64,000 nt of DNA, from contig CAVSKC010000007.1 of assembly GCA_963728425.1 (NCBI GenBank), positions 3,895-67,894 on the forward strand, read 5' to 3'. The notes under the pieces are model-generated. The model searched no databases. It was given only the letters and a program-made list of their open reading frames with translations, and was not told the DNA's origin. Positions 60,474 through 64,000 of this stretch are shown in pieces. The DNA comes from an uncultured Actinomycetota bacterium (lineage in GTDB: Bacteria > Actinomycetota > Actinomycetes > JACCUZ01). The translations under genes were made by a program, and so were the position numbers. How positions within the stretch are numbered: the first letter of the stretch is position 1; every line of letters starts with the position of its first letter.

Positions 60474-63400
60474 GTGGCTGCTGTGTCGATGGTGCAGGCG
60501 AGGGGGGCGGGGCAGTCGCCCGTCGACGAGGTCTCGGTACGCCGGTTGCTCTCGGCCCTCGAGGACATGCGGGACGGCAAGTTCCGCCGCCGGCTGCCCG
60601 AGACCGGGGACGGCGTCCTGCTCGAGCTGGCCCGCACGTACAACGAGGTCGCCGAGCGCAACGCCCGGCTGGCCGCCGAGCTGCGTCGGGTCCGGCGTAC
60701 GGCCGGACGCGACGGCCGCCTGACCGAGCGGCTGGACGGCGCCGACGCGCCGGGCACCTGGGCCGACTGCTACGAGGACGCCAACGCCCTGGTCGACGAC
60801 CTGGTGCGGCCGGTCACCGAGGTGGCGCGGGTGATCGAGGCGGTGGCCGAGGGCGACCTCTCGCAGCGCATCGAGCTGCGCAGCGGCAACCTGCCGCTGC
60901 GCGGGGAGTTCCTGCGGATCGGACGCACCGTCAACGCGATGGTCGACCAGCTGGCGCTGTTCACCGCCGAGGTGACTCGGGTGGCGCGCGAGGTCGGCAC
61001 CGAGGGCAACCTCGGCGGCCAGGCCAAGGTGCGCGGGGTGTCGGGCAGCTGGAAGGACCTCACCGTCTCGGTGAACTCGATGGCCAGCAACCTCACCAAC
61101 CAGGTCCGGGACATCGCCCAGGTCACCACCGCGGTGGCCAACGGCGACCTGTCACGGAAGATCACCGTCGACGTGAAGGGCGAGCTGTTCGAGCTGAAGA
61201 GCACGATCAACACGATGGTCGACCAGCTCTCGTCGTTTGCTTCCGAGGTGACCCGGGTGGCCCGCGAGGTCGGCTCCGAGGGCAAGCTCGGCGGCCAGGC
61301 CGAGGTGCCCGGCGTCTCGGGCACCTGGAAGGACCTGACCGACAACGTCAACGGCATGGCCAGCAACCTCACCGGCCAGGTCCGCTCGATCGCCCAGGTC
61401 TCCACCGCCGTCGCGCGTGGCGACCTGAGCCAGAAGATCACGGTCGAGGCTAAGGGCGAGGTCGCCACCCTGGCCGACACGATCAACACGATGGTCGACA
61501 CGCTGCGCGCGTTCGCCGACGAGGTGACCCGGGTCGCCCGCGAGGTGGGCACCGAGGGCCGGCTCGGCGGCCAGGCCGACGTCCAGGGCGTTGCCGGCAC
61601 CTGGAAGGACCTCACCGACAACGTCAACGGCATGGCCAGCAACCTCACCGGCCAGGTCCGCAACATCGCCCAGGTCACCACCGCCGTCGCCCGCGGCGAC
61701 CTGACTCAGAAGATCACCGTCGACGCCCGCGGCGAGATCCTCGAGCTCAAGACCACGATCAACACGATGGTCGACCAGCTGTCGGCGTTCGCCGACGAGG
61801 TGACCCGGGTGGCCCGCGAGGTCGGCACCGACGGCATCCTCGGCGGCCAGGCCCAGGTCCGCGGCGTCGGCGGGACCTGGAAGGACCTCACCGACAACGT
61901 CAACTCGATGGCGCTCAACCTGACCGGACAGGTCCGCTCGATCGCCCAGGTGTCCACCGCCGTGGCCCGCGGCGACCTGAGCCAGAAGATCAGCGTCGAG
62001 GCCAAGGGCGAGGTCGCCGCGCTCGCCCAGACCATCAACACGATGGTCGACACGCTGCGCGCCTTCGCCGACGAGGTCACCCGGGTCGCGCGCGAGGTCG
62101 GCACCGAGGGCATCCTGGGCGGCCAGGCCCAGGTGCCGAACGTGGCCGGTACCTGGAAGGACCTCACCGACAACGTCAACTCGATGGCGTTCAACCTGAC
62201 CAGCCAGGTCCGCTCGATCGCGAACGTCACGACCGCGGTCGCCAAGGGTGACCTCACCCAGAAGATCTACGTCGACGCCCGCGGCGAGATCCTCGAGCTC
62301 AAGAACACCATCAACACGATGGTCGACCAGCTGTCCTCCTTCGCCGCCGAGGTCACCCGGGTGGCCCGCGAGGTCGGCACCGAGGGGAAGCTCGGCGGCC
62401 AGGCCGAGGTCGAGGGCGTCTCCGGCACCTGGAAGAAGCTCACCGAGAACGTCAACCAGCTGGCCAGCACCCTGACCAACCAGCTGCGGGCGATCGCCGA
62501 GGTGTCCACGGCCGTGACCCGGGGCGACCTGACCCGTCAGGTCGCGGTCGATGCCAGCGGCGAGGTCGACGCGCTCAAGGACAACATCAACCAGATGATC
62601 GCCAACCTGCGCGAGACGACCCGGGCCAACGAGGAGCAGGACTGGCTCAAGACCAACCTGGCCCGGATCACCGGCCTGGTGCAGGGCCGGCGCGACCTCT
62701 CCGACGTGACGGACGTGATCATGCGCGAGCTCACGCCCTCGGTGGCCGCGCAGCACGGTGCCTTCTTCCTCGCCGAGGGTGCCCACGCCGAGGCGGGGCT
62801 GCGCCTGGTCGCCACCTACGGCTACAGCGCCCGCGCCGACCTTCCCACCCACTTCCAGCTGGGTGAGGCGCTGGTCGGCCAGGCCGCCAAGGAGCGACGG
62901 CGGATCCTCATCCCAGAGGCGCCGGCCGACTACATCCGGGTCGCCTCCGGCCTGGGTGGCTCCACGCCGGTCAGCATCGTGGTGCTGCCGGTGCCGTTCG
63001 AGGACCGGGTGCTGGGCGTGATCGAGCTGGCGTCCCTGACCCCGTTCACCGAGGTGCACCTCGCGTTCCTCGACCAGCTGATGGAGCTGATCGGCGTCTC
63101 GCTCAACGCGATCCTGGCCAGCTCCCGGACCGAGGAGCTGCTGGCCGAGTCGCAGCGGCTGGCGACCGAGCTGCAGGAGAAGCAGGCCGAGCTGCAGGCG
63201 CAGCAAGAGGCGCTCGAGGAGCGGGCCGAGCAGCTCTCGCAGTCGAGCCGCTACAAGTCCGAGTTCCTGGCGAACATGAGCCACGAGCTGCGGACGCCGC
63301 TGAACAGCCTGCTGATCCTGGCCCGGCTGCTCACCGAGAACAGCGACGGCAACCTCAGCGACAAGCAGGTGGAGTTCGCCCGCACCATCCACAGCTCGGG

Positions 63401-64000
63401 CACCGACCTGCTGCAGCTCATCAACGACATCCTCGACCTGTCCAAGGTCGAGGCCGGGAAGATGGACGTGCACGTCGGCGAGGTGTCGCTGACCCACATC
63501 GTCGACTACGTCGAGGCGACCTTCCGACCGCTCACCACGGACCGGGCGCTCGGTTTCGAGCTGACGGTGGCCAGCGAGCTGCCGCAGACCGTGCACACGG
63601 ACGAGCACCGGCTGCAGCAGATCCTGCGCAACCTGGTGTCGAACGCGGTGAAGTTCACCGAGCACGGCACGGTGCGGCTGATCGTCGAGCCGGCCACCAA
63701 GGCCCAGGTGTCGCGCTCGACTCTGGTGGGGACGGACGTGATCGCCTTCTCGGTCGTGGACACCGGCATCGGGATCCCGACCGAGAAGCTGCGGGTCATC
63801 TTCGAGGCGTTCCAGCAGGCCGACGGCACCACCAGCCGGCGGTACGGCGGCACCGGGCTGGGCCTGAACATCAGCCGGGAGATCGCGCACCTGCTGGGCG
63901 GCGAGATCCAGGCGGCCAGCCGGGCGGGGGAGGGCAGCACCTTCACCCTGCTGCTGCCGGTCGACGCGTTCCCCGAGGGCGCGCACGGTGTCGTCCCGGC
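60474..64000 (+). CDS. cytoplasmic poly-HAMP / GAF / HisKA / HATPase sensor histidine kinase (OsaA-like), 5' 3.5 kb; runs off the right edge
   Basis: This frame is not in the ORF track because it has no stop inside the window. The GTG at 60474 follows GGAGG. My translation is [43 protein letters not shown]... It is followed by about 7 x 92-aa HAMP-pair repeats (...[71 protein letters not shown]...). A GAF domain follows (...[38 protein letters not shown]...[10 protein letters not shown]), then a coiled coil, then HisKA ([18 protein letters not shown]) and HATPase (N box [12 protein letters not shown]; G boxes [19 protein letters not shown]). No N-terminal TM segment is present. The frame was checked at 61206, 62586, 63276 and 63849 and is always the same. 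Confidence 0.88.
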   Translation, partial: MAAVSMVQARGAGQSPVDEVSVRRLLSALEDMRDGKFRRRLPETGDGVLLELARTYNEVAERNARLAAELRRVRRTAGRDGRLTERLDGADAPGTWADCYEDANALVDDLVRPVTEVARVIEAVAEGDLSQRIELRSGNLPLRGEFLRIGRTVNAMVDQLALFTAEVTRVAREVGTEGNLGGQAKVRGVSGSWKDLTVSVNSMASNLTNQVRDIAQVTTAVANGDLSRKITVDVKGELFELKSTINTMVDQLSSFASEVTRVAREVGSEGKLGGQAEVPGVSGTWKDLTDNVNGMASNLTGQVRSIAQVSTAVARGDLSQKITVEAKGEVATLADTINTMVDTLRAFADEVTRVAREVGTEGRLGGQADVQGVAGTWKDLTDNVNGMASNLTGQVRNIAQVTTAVARGDLTQKITVDARGEILELKTTINTMVDQLSAFADEVTRVAREVGTDGILGGQAQVRGVGGTWKDLTDNVNSMALNLTGQVRSIAQVSTAVARGDLSQKISVEAKGEVAALAQTINTMVDTLRAFADEVTRVAREVGTEGILGGQAQVPNVAGTWKDLTDNVNSMAFNLTSQVRSIANVTTAVAKGDLTQKIYVDARGEILELKNTINTMVDQLSSFAAEVTRVAREVGTEGKLGGQAEVEGVSGTWKKLTENVNQLASTLTNQLRAIAEVSTAVTRGDLTRQVAVDASGEVDALKDNINQMIANLRETTRANEEQDWLKTNLARITGLVQGRRDLSDVTDVIMRELTPSVAAQHGAFFLAEGAHAEAGLRLVATYGYSARADLPTHFQLGEALVGQAAKERRRILIPEAPADYIRVASGLGGSTPVSIVVLPVPFEDRVLGVIELASLTPFTEVHLAFLDQLMELIGVSLNAILASSRTEELLAESQRLATELQEKQAELQAQQEALEERAEQLSQSSRYKSEFLANMSHELRTPLNSLLILARLLTENSDGNLSDKQVEFARTIHSSGTDLLQLINDILDLSKVEAGKMDVHVGEVSLTHIVDYVEATFRPLTTDRALGFELTVASELPQTVHTDEHRLQQILRNLVSNAVKFTEHGTVRLIVEPATKAQVSRSTLVGTDVIAFSVVDTGIGIPTEKLRVIFEAFQQADGTTSRRYGGTGLGLNISREIAHLLGGEIQAASRAGEGSTFTLLLPVDAFPEGAHGVVP
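60795..62640 (+). repeat. tandem 276-bp coding repeats (7 units, HAMP pairs) with an alternating 552-bp super-period
   Basis: The anchor (a/g)tcaac(a/g)cgatggtcgac or its diverged form starts at 60930, 61206, 61482, 61758, 62034, 62310 and 62586, exactly 276 nt apart each time. The 33-mer gtcgacgcccgcggcgagatcctcgagctcaag recurs at 61719 and 62271, 552 nt apart. Confidence 0.9.

Noticed and set aside
60795-62640. Regular 276-bp repeat array considered as a possible CRISPR or other non-coding repeat locus.
   Set aside because: The period is far too long and there is no repeat-spacer organisation. The array is in one continuous open frame encoding HAMP helices inside a histidine kinase.

Overview
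The window is very GC-rich (roughly 70% by eye, not computed) and looks like a core chromosomal segment of an actinobacterium. The gene order and content fit a Nocardioides/Propionibacteriales-like organism, but taxonomy cannot be proven from here. About 60 genes are visible and most are conserved housekeeping operons. They fall into these groups: (1) dxr, an M50 site-2 protease, ispG and a GNAT; (2) two fused ABC exporter genes; (3) proS, a HAD hydrolase and a TauE exporter; (4) a LacI-controlled sugar ABC / GH130 / oxidoreductase / cupin locus; (5) rimP-nusA-ylxR-infB-DUF503-rbfA-truB; (6) ribF, then rpsO-pnp-M16 peptidase-dapB; (7) azlCD and an ECF sigma/anti-sigma operon; (8) thyA-folA, dapA-rnj, and a long cytoplasmic poly-HAMP/GAF histidine kinase that runs off the right edge. 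No rRNA, tRNA, CRISPR array, transposase or integrase was recognised. The most striking property of the sequence is technical or evolutionary rather than a new gene system. Roughly 50-60 reading-frame breaks are needed to read obviously conserved proteins, and they are strongly clustered at about 27.9-33.0 kb and 43.9-51.9 kb. They hit essential genes (infB, ribF, pnp, dapB), while other long genes are completely clean (10.2-20.2 kb and 56.4-64.0 kb, including a highly repetitive 3.5 kb kinase gene). I read this as uncorrected assembly indels rather than real pseudogenes. Other items worth follow-up: a 323-nt non-coding leader before infB carrying three chained mini-ORFs joined by ATGA overlaps; structured rpsO and pnp leaders; a 7 x 276-bp HAMP repeat array with a 552-bp super-period; a GH130 mannoside-type locus with an unusual oxidoreductase + cupin + secreted protein tail; an S8 protease with Trp-repeat tail coupled to a GAF-GGDEF-EAL gene; a nested TetR operator; and several leaderless-promoter signatures. 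I found no convincing evidence for a wholly new multi-gene system. All calls rest on reading the supplied translations and the DNA by eye; frameshift positions are approximate (about +/-15 nt).
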